A DNA stretch of 64,000 bases from a bacterium (lineage in GTDB: Bacteria; UBA8248). The notes under the pieces are model-generated. The model was not told where the DNA came from. It saw only the letters and a program-made list of their open reading frames with translations, and ran no database searches. This document shows, one piece after another, positions 39,001 through 48,148 of this stretch (its first letter is position 1; each line of letters begins with the position of its first letter). The stretch spans positions 1,632,001-1,696,000 of the forward strand of contig CBDBZU010000004.1 in assembly GCA_965213625.1 (NCBI GenBank), read 5' to 3'. The translations under genes and the position numbers were made by a program.

Positions 39001-39197
39001 GGGGTGTCGGGGTATGATGCCCGAAATCAAGAACCTTTATTATCCTATCTGAATCGGCGTTGTCCAGCGAGCGGCGGTTTTCTTGCTTTGTATAGGAACG
39101 GCTCGCCTGATAGTCGCGCGCGCGCGTTTTGGATTAGACTGGTTCCGGAAGCACCGTCCGGGAGGACGGGTTCTCACACGTTTTGAAGGAGGGGTTC

Positions 39198-40265
39198 ATG
39201 TCGGCGCATCCAGCAGAGCAAAAAGCGCCCGCGTATGCGGATTCCGCCTTCATGCGCGCCTGCCGGGGACTGGAGAACAACAGGACGCCCGTATGGCTCA
39301 TGCGCCAGGCGGGCAGGTATATGCGCGTGTACCGCGCCGTCCGCGAGAAGGTCTCCTTTATCGAACTTTGCCGCACGCCCGATCTGGCCGCCGAGGTGGC
39401 CATCACTGCGCTCGACGCCATCGGTGCTGACGCGGCCATCCTGTTCTCCGACATTCTGCTCATTCTCCAACCGATGGGTATGGACCTGGAATACGTGAAA
39501 GGAGACGGCCCCGTTCTCCACAACCCGGTCCGCTCCGCGGTGGACGTGGAGCGCTTGAAGGAAGCGGAGCCGCGCGGGAGCCTCGCCTTCGTGTACGAAG
39601 CGGTCCGGAAAACGAGGGAGCAGATGAACCCTGCGCTACCGCTAATCGGCTTCTGCGGCGCGCCCTTCACGCTGGCGTCCTACATGATCGAAGGCGGCGG
39701 CTCGCGGAATTTCGAGAACACGAAAAAGTTCATGTACGCCGATTCGGGCGCGTGGCACGCGCTGATGGAAAAGCTGGTGCGGGGGCTGACTATCTATCTG
39801 AACGAACAGATTCACGCAGGCGTGCAGGCGGTGCAGATTTTCGACAGCTGGGTGGGTTGCCTCTCGCCCGGGGATTTCAGGGAGTTCGTCCTGCCGCATA
39901 GCCGCGCGCTGATTGCGGGGATCGAAAAAGGCGCGCCAGTCATCCACTTCGGCACGGGAACCGCTCCCTATCTGGAAGCGTTCGCAGGAGCGGGAGGCGA
40001 CGTGGTGGGGGTGGACTTCCGGGTGGAGCTGGCCGACGCCAGGGAGCGTCTGGGCGATATGGCGGTTCAGGGAAACCTCGACCCGTGCGTCCTGTTCGCG
40101 GCACCTGAATATATCTTCGCGCGAGCGGAGGACATCCTGCGCCAGGGGGCCGTGCGTCCGGGCCACATCTTCAACCTGGGACACGGCATTCTGCCGGGCA
40201 CGCCGGTCGACAACGTCAAGAGACTCATCGAGTTCGTTCATGAATGGGAAGCGGAGGCCGAATGA
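39198..40265 (+). CDS. hemE: Uroporphyrinogen decarboxylase
   Basis: PVWLMRQAGRY, LFSDIL, IGFCGAPFTLASY, QGNLDP, IFNLGHGI. Confidence 0.95.
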   Translation: MSAHPAEQKAPAYADSAFMRACRGLENNRTPVWLMRQAGRYMRVYRAVREKVSFIELCRTPDLAAEVAITALDAIGADAAILFSDILLILQPMGMDLEYVKGDGPVLHNPVRSAVDVERLKEAEPRGSLAFVYEAVRKTREQMNPALPLIGFCGAPFTLASYMIEGGGSRNFENTKKFMYADSGAWHALMEKLVRGLTIYLNEQIHAGVQAVQIFDSWVGCLSPGDFREFVLPHSRALIAGIEKGAPVIHFGTGTAPYLEAFAGAGGDVVGVDFRVELADARERLGDMAVQGNLDPCVLFAAPEYIFARAEDILRQGAVRPGHIFNLGHGILPGTPVDNVKRLIEFVHEWEAEAE

Positions 40266-41224
40266 AGGGCAAGTTCGATTCCATCATCATGATCGGCTTC
40301 GGCGGCCCCACACGGGGTTGCTGCCGCCGTTATGAGGAATGCCCCGGCGAGGCGTATTGCTACGTGGAGGGAATTGTCGGCCAGAGGTCGGGCGGCCCCG
40401 AACGCATCAGAGAGGTGGCGGCGCACTATGAATACTTCGGCGGCGTTTCCCCTTTCACGTTTTTCTCCCAGAAACAGGCGGGCGCGCTCGAGATGGCGCT
40501 TGAACATGCGGGCGCGGGCGTTCCCGTCTACACGGGCTACCGGTTCTGGACGCCCTATGTGGAAGAGACTCTGGTCGAGATGGGCAGACGCGGGCTCAGG
40601 CGCGCCCTGGGCGTCATACTGGCGCCGCATCGCACGAAAATAAGCTGGGAGGCCTACCGGGGCGCCGTGGCGTCGGCGCGAGATGAGCTGGGCGGCGATG
40701 CGCCCGAGGTCGAATTCCTGGAAACGCCCTGGCACGAGCATCCGGGCTTCATCGACGCCATCGCCGACAGGATAGGGCAAGCCGCCCCGGAAGAGGGTGA
40801 TGTGGACGATGCCAGGGTTATTTTTACGGCCCATTCCATCCCGGTTTCCATGGCCAAGGCCTCTTCTTATGAGGTGGAATTCCGCGAAACGGCGGCTCTC
40901 GCGGCGCAAATACTGGGTTTGAGCGGCTACGAGGTCGGCTTTCAGAGCAGCCCGGACGTTCCTCCCGGAACCTGGCTCGGCCCGGACGTGACGGAGGTAA
41001 TCGGAAGCGTCGCCACAGGCGGCGTAAAGGCCGTCCTGCTGGTCCCGATCGGTTTCATATGCGACCACGTGGAGGTGCTCTTCGACCTGGACATCGAGGC
41101 GCGGGTAGCCGCCGAGTCGGCGGGGCTTCGCTTTTATCGCGCGCCCACGGTGGGTACGCACCCCGCCTTTATCGAGATGCTCTCTGCGTTGGTGCGCGCG
41201 AAGATGGCGGAGAGCGGAAGTTGA
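40262..41224 (+). CDS. hemH: Ferrochelatase (coproporphyrin ferrochelatase-like)
   Basis: HYEYFGGVSP, IFTAHSIP, WLGPD, PIGFICDHVEVLFDLD. Confidence 0.9.
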   Translation: MKGKFDSIIMIGFGGPTRGCCRRYEECPGEAYCYVEGIVGQRSGGPERIREVAAHYEYFGGVSPFTFFSQKQAGALEMALEHAGAGVPVYTGYRFWTPYVEETLVEMGRRGLRRALGVILAPHRTKISWEAYRGAVASARDELGGDAPEVEFLETPWHEHPGFIDAIADRIGQAAPEEGDVDDARVIFTAHSIPVSMAKASSYEVEFRETAALAAQILGLSGYEVGFQSSPDVPPGTWLGPDVTEVIGSVATGGVKAVLLVPIGFICDHVEVLFDLDIEARVAAESAGLRFYRAPTVGTHPAFIEMLSALVRAKMAESGS

Positions 41225-42657
41225 CCCGGAGCGCCCGGCGGGTGGTCGTGCTTGGCGGGGGGGTGACGGGGCTCACCGCCTGCTACCGGCTCCTCCAGGC
41301 CTCCGGGAAGCAGAATCTCTCCCTGGAAATTCATCTCATCGAGGCGTCTCACAGGCTCGGCGGCATCATAGAGACCGAGTTCTCAGACGGCGTCCTGATG
41401 GAAAAAGGCCCCGATTGTTTTCTCACCTCCAAGCCCGAGGGCGTCGAACTCTGCGAAGAGTTGGGACTCGGTGATCAGCTCATCGGCACGAACGAGCGCT
41501 ACAGGCGCAGCTTTGTTCTGCGGGGCGAGGAACTGCTCCCCGTACCCCAGGGGTACTATCTTCTGGCGCCTTACCGCATCGGCCCGTTCATGACGACGCC
41601 CATATTCAGTCCGCTCGGCAAGCTCAGGATGGCGCTGGACGTTCTTCTTCCGCGCAAGAGGGATGATGCGGATGAATCCCTGGCGGATTTCGTGCGCAGG
41701 CGATTCGGGCGCGAGGCGCTAGAGAGAATGGCCCAGCCCATGGTGGCGGGCATCTATTCGGCAGACCCGGAAAAGCTGAGCTTGAAAGCCACGATGCCGC
41801 AGTTCCACGAGATAGAGCGCGAGCACGGGAGCATCATCACGGGACTCAGGAAGCGGATGCAAAAGCGGAGTTCGGGCGAGGGTGTCTCTGCGAGCGGGCC
41901 GAGGTACGGCCTGTTCGTGAGTTTCGAGCGCGGCATGGGCGTGTTGACTGACGCTCTGGCGGAGAAGATTTCAGGCGCATCGGTCCGGACGGGCTGCCGA
42001 GCGGAGGCGCTCGAAAGATTCGAGCGGGGCTGGCGCGTTCATCTTCAAGACGGAGAGGTGATGGACGCCGATGCGGTATGCGTCACCCTGCCGCCTAACG
42101 CTTCGGCGCGGATGCTGGAGAAAGCCGCGCCTGAAATCTCGGAAGATTTGATGAGCATACCCAGTGGCTCTCTAGCGACGCTCAACCTGGTATTCCGCGC
42201 CGAGCAGGTGGCGAATCCACTCCACGCCATGGGTTTCGTCGTCCCTGCGATAGAGAACAAGACGCTCCTTGCGTGTTCGTTCTCCAGCACCAAGTTCCAG
42301 GGCAGAGCGCCCGAGGGACGAGTGCTCATCCGCGCCTTCGCCGGAGGCGAGGCCGCCTCCCGTGCGGGACTCACGGATGATGAACTCGCGCGCAAGCTCA
42401 TCGATGAGCTTCGGCCGATTCTGGGTATCGCCGGGGAGCCTCAAGGAAAAGTCTTTTACCGCTATGAGGAATCCCTGCCGCATTATCTGGTGGGCCACAT
42501 GGATAAGGTGCGAAGAATCGAGAACGAACTCGAAGCGACGCCGGGTCTTGCCCTCGCGGGCAACGCCTACCGCGGCGTGGGGATTCCCGATTGCGTGAAA
42601 TCGGCGGGCGAGGCGGCGGATAAGATTTTGGGCGATTTGCGGGCTATCAATCCGTAA
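41221..42657 (+). CDS. hemY: Protoporphyrinogen/coproporphyrinogen oxidase
   Basis: GGGVTGL, RLGGII, EKGPDCF, RRFG, GIYSAD, GVGIPDCV. TTG start overlaps the hemH stop. Confidence 0.92.
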   Translation: MTRSARRVVVLGGGVTGLTACYRLLQASGKQNLSLEIHLIEASHRLGGIIETEFSDGVLMEKGPDCFLTSKPEGVELCEELGLGDQLIGTNERYRRSFVLRGEELLPVPQGYYLLAPYRIGPFMTTPIFSPLGKLRMALDVLLPRKRDDADESLADFVRRRFGREALERMAQPMVAGIYSADPEKLSLKATMPQFHEIEREHGSIITGLRKRMQKRSSGEGVSASGPRYGLFVSFERGMGVLTDALAEKISGASVRTGCRAEALERFERGWRVHLQDGEVMDADAVCVTLPPNASARMLEKAAPEISEDLMSIPSGSLATLNLVFRAEQVANPLHAMGFVVPAIENKTLLACSFSSTKFQGRAPEGRVLIRAFAGGEAASRAGLTDDELARKLIDELRPILGIAGEPQGKVFYRYEESLPHYLVGHMDKVRRIENELEATPGLALAGNAYRGVGIPDCVKSAGEAADKILGDLRAINP

Positions 42658-42780
42658 GAAAAAAGAGGACAATAGTGGAAATGCGCTCAGGGTACTGGAT
42701 TGTTTGACCGGGCGCAGCCGCATTTGGTATCAACGGCTGCCTGTATTTTTTGAATTTTTATTCCCCGCGGAGACGTTTCG

Positions 42781-43281
42781 ATGTTCGACGATGAGATGCA
42801 ACGCGATTTTCATAGGCAGGTGAGCGAGGAGATCCGCATCATCCAGAGGCCTTACGTGGGCATCGTGTCGGGCTATCATGAACTCGGCTACCGGGTACTG
42901 GGACCGGAGATGGAAGAGCAGGCGGGCTCGGTTCAGATATCCGGTAAGCTCCTGGTGTCTCCCAAACTGGTATGGACGCCGGCCGAGGCGCAGAAGACGT
43001 TCGGCGAGATTTTCGAGGATTCCGAAATGATGGATTCCGATCTCATCGGGCGCGTGTTCGCGTTCCCCGCCATGGCGGCGGGCAATTTCAACATCGAGAA
43101 CGAGCACCTGAAAATTACCCACCACGAGTGGAGCCCGGAAGTTCTAGCGGAAAAGGTGCTGAACGAACTCGCGCGCCTGGAGACCACGGACACCGCCGTA
43201 GTCCGCACGCCGGACATCCGGTTCTACCCCCTCGCCGTCCAGCGATTCATCCACGAGATCCTGAAAGAGGAATTTTCCTGA
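42781..43281 (+). CDS. Hypothetical protein
   Basis: 166-aa ORF with GGAG RBS and host-like codon use. No motif recognised. Confidence 0.7.
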   Translation: MFDDEMQRDFHRQVSEEIRIIQRPYVGIVSGYHELGYRVLGPEMEEQAGSVQISGKLLVSPKLVWTPAEAQKTFGEIFEDSEMMDSDLIGRVFAFPAMAAGNFNIENEHLKITHHEWSPEVLAEKVLNELARLETTDTAVVRTPDIRFYPLAVQRFIHEILKEEFS

Positions 43282-43355
43282 TCCGTGCGGCGCAACTACG
43301 GCGGAAACCGCTCTCGCCTCCAGAGCAGGAACAATAGGTTCAGGGATTTTCCGTT

Positions 43356-43961
43356 TTAGGCAGGTTTGATTGGAAAGACGCGAACGGCGCCCGGGTATTC
43401 GGGGCAGTGCTGCTCGCAGGTGCCGCAGCCCACGCAGGCCTCGCCGATGACAGGGCCTTTTCCGTCCTCTTTCTCCTCGACCCGTATCGCGCTCTCGCCG
43501 ATGGGGCAGCGCGTCACGCAGTAGTTGCACTCCTCATCCGTCCCGTTCCAGGCGAAGCACGTCTCGGGGTTCACCTCCGCGAGACCCACGCGGATCTCCT
43601 CCCTGGGCACGAGGGTGAGCGCTCCCGTGGGGCAGACCTTCATGCAGGAAAGGTCGTCGCAGACCACGCAGGCGCCGTCCACGGGGATGATGCGGGGCGC
43701 CTCGAGGCCGGAGCCGTCCTCGCGGGGGAGCATGAGGATGGCGTCCGCCGGACACGCGAGCGCGCATTGCGCACTGCCCGTGCAGAGTTCCAGGAAATCG
43801 GCTTCCGCCGCCGCGCCCGGCGGGCGCAGAACAGGCCCTTCGAGATCCGAGCGCTGCAACTGGGTTTCTCCCTGGTGCATTCCCTGCATGAAGGAGCGCA
43901 TGAAGGAGAGTGGGCCTTCGGTGAAGAACGCCTTGCGATCGATCTGCTTGTCTTCGGCCAT
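43356..43961 (-). CDS. NapG/MauM/NapF-type 4Fe-4S polyferredoxin
   Basis: LRPPGA..E..FLELC, CVVCDDLSCMKVCPTGAL, CNYCVTRCP, CVGCGTCEQHCP. Confidence 0.85.
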   Translation of the reverse strand: MAEDKQIDRKAFFTEGPLSFMRSFMQGMHQGETQLQRSDLEGPVLRPPGAAAEADFLELCTGSAQCALACPADAILMLPREDGSGLEAPRIIPVDGACVVCDDLSCMKVCPTGALTLVPREEIRVGLAEVNPETCFAWNGTDEECNYCVTRCPIGESAIRVEEKEDGKGPVIGEACVGCGTCEQHCPEYPGAVRVFPIKPA

Positions 43962-44063
43962 TTTACTTGCATCCTCAAATCTTGTTTTTCGTTTGATAGT
44001 GTGCGACAAGTCGAGTATACAAGACTATCGTTTTTCCGCACCCCCATATTGAAGGAGAACCTC

Positions 44064-45326
44064 TTGTCCGGGGATACCGCCACACAGAAAATCCTGGCCC
44101 GCGCCAGCGGGCGTGAGCGCGTGGACGTGGGCGACATCGTCTGGGCCAAGGTCGACGCCCACGTCATGCACGACAACCAGGGGCCGTTCCGCATGGGGAA
44201 GGATTTCGCCGAACTGGGCCTTCCCATCTGGGACAAGAACCGCTTCATGCTCACGGCCGACCACCACAACCCGCCCACCGGCGATTCACAGTCGAGGGTG
44301 CTGAACGTCACCAGAGCCTGGGCGGCCGAGCAGGAGCTCTCCCATTTCTATGACGCTGAGGGCATCTGCCACATCCTCATGGCGGAGAAGGGCTTCGTGC
44401 GTCCGGGCGTTCTCGTGACCGGCACGGACAGCCACACCACCAACACGGGCGCGCTGGGGGCGCTGGGCGTGGCCATCGGCCCGACGGAGAGCATCGGCGT
44501 GCTCGCCAAGGGAGAGGTCTGGCTCCGCGTGCCCGAGACGATACGCGTACACTTCAAGGGCCGGGTTCCGGCCGGGATTTACGGGAAGGACATGGCGCTG
44601 CTCGCGCTTAAAGACCTCAAGGTCGACGGGGCGGAATACAAGGTGCTCCAGTTCGAGGGCGAGGCGCTCATGGCGTTGCCCGTCGAGGACCGCATGACGC
44701 TCTCCAACATGGCGGCGGAGTTCAGCGCCAAGAGTTCCATCATCGACGTGGATGAGGCGACGGCGGAATATCTCAAAAACGCAGGGGTGGAGGACGGCTG
44801 GGAGGCCGTGCGCTCAGACTCCGATGCGACCTATGCCGAATCCTACGAATACGACGTGACCGACTTATCGCCCCAGGTGGCGTGCCCCCACAGGATGGAC
44901 AACGTCTACCCGGTGGAGGAGGTGGACTCGCCTCCGCTCAATCGTGCGCACATCGGCTCGTGCACGGGGGCGAAGCTTCTCGATCTGCAGGCGGCGGCGG
45001 CGGTGCTCAAGGGCAGGCGGGTCGCCCACGGGGTTCAGCTTCTCATCGCGCCCGCCAGCAAGGACATCATGAGCAAGGCCATGGCGGACGGGACGCTCGG
45101 CGCGCTCATCGACGCGGGCGGCGTGCTCCTGCCCACCACCTGCGGCGTCTGCGCGGGCAGGGGACCGGGACAACTCGGAGACGGGGAGGTGTGTATCTCC
45201 TCGGCCAACCGCAACTACAAAGGACGCATGGGAAGCCTCGAGGCGTCGATATACCTGGCCTCGGCCGCCACGGTGGCGGCGAGCGCAATCAAGGGCCACG
45301 TGGCCGACCCGAGGGAGTTCATCTGA
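44064..45326 (+). CDS. leuC: Isopropylmalate isomerase/homoaconitase-family large subunit
   Basis: DHH, EGICH, GTDSHT, RMTLSNM, IGSCT, CGVCAG, NRNYKGRMG. Substrate specificity not resolvable. Confidence 0.85.
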   Translation: MSGDTATQKILARASGRERVDVGDIVWAKVDAHVMHDNQGPFRMGKDFAELGLPIWDKNRFMLTADHHNPPTGDSQSRVLNVTRAWAAEQELSHFYDAEGICHILMAEKGFVRPGVLVTGTDSHTTNTGALGALGVAIGPTESIGVLAKGEVWLRVPETIRVHFKGRVPAGIYGKDMALLALKDLKVDGAEYKVLQFEGEALMALPVEDRMTLSNMAAEFSAKSSIIDVDEATAEYLKNAGVEDGWEAVRSDSDATYAESYEYDVTDLSPQVACPHRMDNVYPVEEVDSPPLNRAHIGSCTGAKLLDLQAAAAVLKGRRVAHGVQLLIAPASKDIMSKAMADGTLGALIDAGGVLLPTTCGVCAGRGPGQLGDGEVCISSANRNYKGRMGSLEASIYLASAATVAASAIKGHVADPREFI

Positions 45327-45826
45327 TGAGCAACGAGACGCAAACGATTGAGGGCGGCGCCTGGGTGTTCGGCGACAACGTGGATACGGGCTATATCATG
45401 CCGTCCAAATACGCGAGCCTGCCGGATGAGGAACTGGCCGCTCACGCGATGGAGGGCATCGACCCCGATTTCCCCAAAAACGTGCAAGCGGGCGACGTGA
45501 TAATCGGTGGAGGGAATTTCGGCTGCGGTTCGAGCCGCGAGACGGCTCCCCGAGGCATCAAGCAAGCGGGGGTGGGCGCCGTAATCGCGCGGACGTTCGC
45601 CAGGAATTTTTTCAGGAATTCGCTGTGCATCGGGCTGCCCGTGCTCATCTGCGCCGATGCGGAATCGATAGAACAGGGCGACCGCGTTCGCGTCGACCCG
45701 ATTGCGGGAAGGGTCGAGAACCTCACCAAGGGCCAGACCCTGCAAGCCGAGCCCCTGCCAGACCACATCATGGACATGGTGAAGGCGGGCGGCCTCGTAC
45801 CCTACCTCAAACAAACGCTGACGTAA
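45326..45826 (+). CDS. leuD: Isopropylmalate isomerase/homoaconitase-family small subunit
   Basis: FGDNVDT, NFGCGSSRE, FARNFFRN, AGGLV. Confidence 0.85.
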   Translation: MSNETQTIEGGAWVFGDNVDTGYIMPSKYASLPDEELAAHAMEGIDPDFPKNVQAGDVIIGGGNFGCGSSRETAPRGIKQAGVGAVIARTFARNFFRNSLCIGLPVLICADAESIEQGDRVRVDPIAGRVENLTKGQTLQAEPLPDHIMDMVKAGGLVPYLKQTLT

Positions 45827-45840
45827 GGCCCCATCCGCCG

Positions 45841-46327
45841 GGGGCTGTTGAAAATCGCTTCAAGGAAAAGCGCCTGCGGAGCATTCACCGTCCTTGCGCT
45901 TAATATCTCCCTACCGGAGCAACCCGCCGCGCCGCTTCACCCTGAGTAGCGGCGAAGCCGCGTATCGAAGGGCGAAGTTCAGGCTTGCGAGAGAGAAGCG
46001 CCTCCCATCCTTCGATACGGCGCTTGAGCGCCTACTCAGGATGAGGGCTTGGGGCGTCGGCTCGGGATGAGGGGGAGCCCGTAGGGACAGGTCGCGATCT
46101 CTCCGATGCCGCTTGCGCCGGAATGACGAACAAAACCGCACCATCTCTTTGGGGCATATCGCGACTTCGGACAGGCCCGGTCAGGGCGCCCCCTGCGCCC
46201 GCCCTAACTATCCCTACGTCCCTACCTCTCCGGTCAGCACTATTCGCCGAATCACGAAATCAGGATTTTAAATAACCCATCCCCGGTCGGGTTCGACCTC
46301 ACTTATCGGGATTTTTCCAACAATCCC
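45841..46327. mobile_element. MITE-like relic containing a REP-type palindromic doublet
   Basis: Ends GGGGCTGTTGAAAA ... TTTTCCAACAATCCC (degenerate inverted repeat). Internal TCACCCTGAGTAG...TATCGAAGG / CCTTCGATA...CTACTCAGGATGA hairpin at 45937-46044. Confidence 0.55.
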
Positions 46328-47170
46328 TTACGGTGCGACGACGGTGCTCCTGAGCACGCCGATGTTCTCGACCTCGCACTCCACCACGTCGCCCACGCTC
46401 AGAAGTCCCGGCGGGTCCATCGCGAAGCCCACGCCCTCGGGCGTGCCGGTGGCTATCATGTCGCCGGGCACGAGCGTCATGCTCTCAGACAGCACCGAGA
46501 CGACGGTGGCGATATCGAAAATCATGTCGTTCGTGTTCGAGCTCTGCCGCGTCTGGCCGTTCACGCGAGAGATGACGGCCAGGTTGTTCCCGTCGCCTGC
46601 CTCGTCCTTGGTGACGATCCAGGGGCCCAGCGGACCGAAGCTGTCGAGCGCCTTGCCCTTGAACCACTGGTTATGGGCGCGCTGCACGTCGCGGGCCGAG
46701 ACCTCGTTCATGACGGTGTAGCCGTATACGTGATCCATCGCCTCATCGAGCGGGATGTTGATACCCTCCTTGCCGATCACGATGACGAGTTCGCATTCAT
46801 AATCGAGTTCGTTCACGTTATCGTGGAGGATGATTTCCCCGTCCGGCCCGTTGTGCGAACCCGACCACTTGCAGAAGAACACCGGAATCTCGGGGTAGAC
46901 GCCCACCGGGCGCCCATATTTGCGCGCGCCCTCATCGGCGTGTTTCTTGTAGTTGAGACCCACGGCGAGGACGGGCCGCGCGAGTTTCGCAATCGGCGCG
47001 AGCATTGTAATGGACTCGAGCGCCACCGGCTGCCCGTTGGTTACGGGCGTTCCGCCCCGGGCGATGACTTCCGCCGCGTCGCCCGTATGGGGGACGACGT
47101 CTTCTACGCCGTTTTCCGTCAATACGGCCACGCGGGGGCCAGTGTCTGATTCATAGGTCAGCAGTTTCAT
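46328..47170 (-). CDS. Fumarylacetoacetate hydrolase family protein
   Basis: VGLNYKKH, DYECEL, SARDVQ, QWFKGK, GDMIATGTPEGVG. Confidence 0.92.
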   Translation of the reverse strand: MKLLTYESDTGPRVAVLTENGVEDVVPHTGDAAEVIARGGTPVTNGQPVALESITMLAPIAKLARPVLAVGLNYKKHADEGARKYGRPVGVYPEIPVFFCKWSGSHNGPDGEIILHDNVNELDYECELVIVIGKEGINIPLDEAMDHVYGYTVMNEVSARDVQRAHNQWFKGKALDSFGPLGPWIVTKDEAGDGNNLAVISRVNGQTRQSSNTNDMIFDIATVVSVLSESMTLVPGDMIATGTPEGVGFAMDPPGLLSVGDVVECEVENIGVLRSTVVAP

Positions 47171-47233
47171 TTTCTCTCCTAAGTTTCACGTAAGCATAGA
47201 TGGAAAATTGAATCCGGTTTTTAGAGAAAAACC

Positions 47234-48034
47234 TCAGCCTGCGAGTTCGCGAATCATACTCGCCTGTGTTTTGGCGCCGGCGATCATGAAGTTGAGGTCG
47301 CTGCCCGAGAGGATGAAGCGCATCCCCTCCTGGATTCTGCGCTCTATCATCTGGGGATCGTAGGACCCGCCCATGCCGGCTATCTTGCCGTGCTTCTTAC
47401 AGGCGGCGTTCACCTGGTCATACACCTTGTTGACGCGGGGGTGGTCGTGCTGGCCGACGATGCCCATCCCCGTGCTCAAATCGTTCGTGCCGATCAGCAG
47501 CACGTCGATGCCATCCACAGCGGCGATGGCGTCCGCCTCATCGCCTGCTTCGGGCGTCTCGATCATGGCGACAAGGAGCGTCTCGTCGTTGATGCCGCTC
47601 AGCATCTCGGCTGCGCCGATGGCCTCGAAGCGGCCGTGGGCCAGCCCCCCGCCCGCGCTGCGTCCGCCCTCGGGCGGAAATTTGCAGATTTTCACGAACT
47701 CCTCGGCCTCTTGCGCATTGTTCACGTGGGGCAGGACGATGCCCTGCGCCCCTGAGTCCAGAATCCGCGTGCTCAGGTGTCCGTCGAGCGAGGCCACGCG
47801 CACGAGCGGCGTGATCCCTTGAGTCAGGGCGGCGATGGATATCTGCTGCGCGGTTTCGAGGTCGAAGGGTCCGTGTTCGAGGTCGATGAAGAGCCAGTCG
47901 AAGCCGGCCGCCTTCATGGCGAGGCCGACCTCCACCGATCGCGCCATTCGCACGCCCGCGCCCAGGGTGACCTCTCCGGCGTAGGATTTTCTTTTCGTCT
48001 CGTTCGTGATGATGCCCAAGGCGAAGACCTCCAT
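47234..48034 (-). CDS. HpcH/HpaI class II aldolase
   Basis: GFDWLFIDLEHG, LDSGAQG, MIET, IGTNDL. Start may be TTG 48019. Confidence 0.9.
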   Translation of the reverse strand: MEVFALGIITNETKRKSYAGEVTLGAGVRMARSVEVGLAMKAAGFDWLFIDLEHGPFDLETAQQISIAALTQGITPLVRVASLDGHLSTRILDSGAQGIVLPHVNNAQEAEEFVKICKFPPEGGRSAGGGLAHGRFEAIGAAEMLSGINDETLLVAMIETPEAGDEADAIAAVDGIDVLLIGTNDLSTGMGIVGQHDHPRVNKVYDQVNAACKKHGKIAGMGGSYDPQMIERRIQEGMRFILSGSDLNFMIAGAKTQASMIRELAG

Positions 48035-48148
48035 TCAAGGAAAAACAACTGAAACAGTGGAATCAAGCAGTATGGATTCTTACGCCCATGAAATACTCCA
48101 CTTGCGCGCTGTCGGCAAGAGCGGCGGGGGATCGGGCGTGGAGATGGC

